DNA of 63,205 nt, the filler included, from a bacterium (GTDB lineage Bacteria; JALSQH01): NCBI GenBank assembly GCA_027004335.1. It is 11 parts of 11 records of this genome, joined end to end, with 100 filler letters (N's around TTAATTAATTAA, not from the genome) between each part and the next. Parts side by side here need not be neighbours in the genome. Positions count along the whole stretch, not along the records: positions 57,005 to 63,205 come from JALTID010000239.1; 10 more parts are not named here. One strand, given 5' to 3'. Of the stretch, positions 62,969 through 63,205 are shown one piece after another (the stretch's first letter is position 1; each line of letters starts with the position of its first letter). Made by a program: the position numbers and the translations under genes. Under the pieces are notes generated by a model. The model did not search any database and was not told where the DNA came from. It saw only the letters and a program-made list of their open reading frames with translations.

Positions 62969-63205
62969 ATGGATCATGCGATGAGCGGTGGAACTCCTAT
63001 TGCTCTTGCGGCTGATGAGATATATATGGATCACAATGCAGTCATGGGGCCAGTTGATCCGCAGCTTGGTGATATGCCAGCAGCAAGCCTTATTAAAATA
63101 CCTGAGATGAAGTCTTATGAAAAAATAGAGGATAGAACTCTGGTCTTGATAGATTTGTCTAAAAAAGCGATAAAGCAGATATGTGATTTTGTGAACTGGA
63201 TCCTT
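62969..63205 (+). pseudogene. SDH-family Clp-fold serine protease fragment (continues at 48410)
   Basis: AGGAGG RBS, then MDHAMSGGTPIALAADEIYMDHNAVMGPVDPQLG; joined ORF is only 102 aa. Confidence 0.7.

Noticed and set aside
1-63205. CRISPR arrays, tRNA/rRNA, IS elements, prophage or defence genes
   Set aside because: None recognised by eye. Short tRNAs or degenerate repeats cannot be fully excluded without tRNAscan or CRISPR finders.

Overview
This is not one continuous locus. It is 11 assembly contigs joined by artificial 100-nt linkers (44 N + TTAATTAATTAA + 44 N): 1-19128, 19229-21397, 21498-28127, 28228-34815, 34916-37064, 37165-39310, 39411-41549, 41650-48182, 48283-54765 (internal 10-N gap at 49187-49196), 54866-56904 and 57005-63205. 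The DNA is AT-rich and bacterial. It is diderm (TamB/Omp85, TonB receptor). Deltaproteobacteria-type synteny (yceD-rpmF-fab-acpP-rpiB-glyA-deaminase-nrdR; U32-DUF4911) and a MYXO-CTERM-like tail suggest an uncultured, possibly thermophilic Deltaproteobacteria/Myxococcota-like MAG (inference). Most genes are housekeeping (rsmG, fab, glyA, purL/purF, pyrE, trmFO, cimA, lysC, sat/cysC, rfbA), with many surface lipoproteins and hydrolases. Top signals: (1) The last 127 nt of the window are identical to 48283-48409. Joining the two contigs gives a co-oriented cluster: GGQ-less aeRF1-like protein, rhomboid, truncated Clp-fold protease, HPF/RaiA-sigma-like fusion, lipoprotein. This is a candidate ribosome-hibernation/stress system. 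(2) An unannotated ~145-nt multi-stem RNA-like element lies at 4494-4637. (3) A Ser-for-Cys Ntn-hydrolase lipoprotein is coupled to two beta-barrel-like proteins; together with endoglycoceramidase-like, S1P-lyase-like and sulfoquinovosidase-like enzymes it suggests glycolipid/sphingolipid scavenging. (4) The fab operon lacks plsX, fabH and fabF and has an atypical ACP, and IDI-2 has a degenerate active site. No rRNA, tRNA, CRISPR array or mobile element was recognised.
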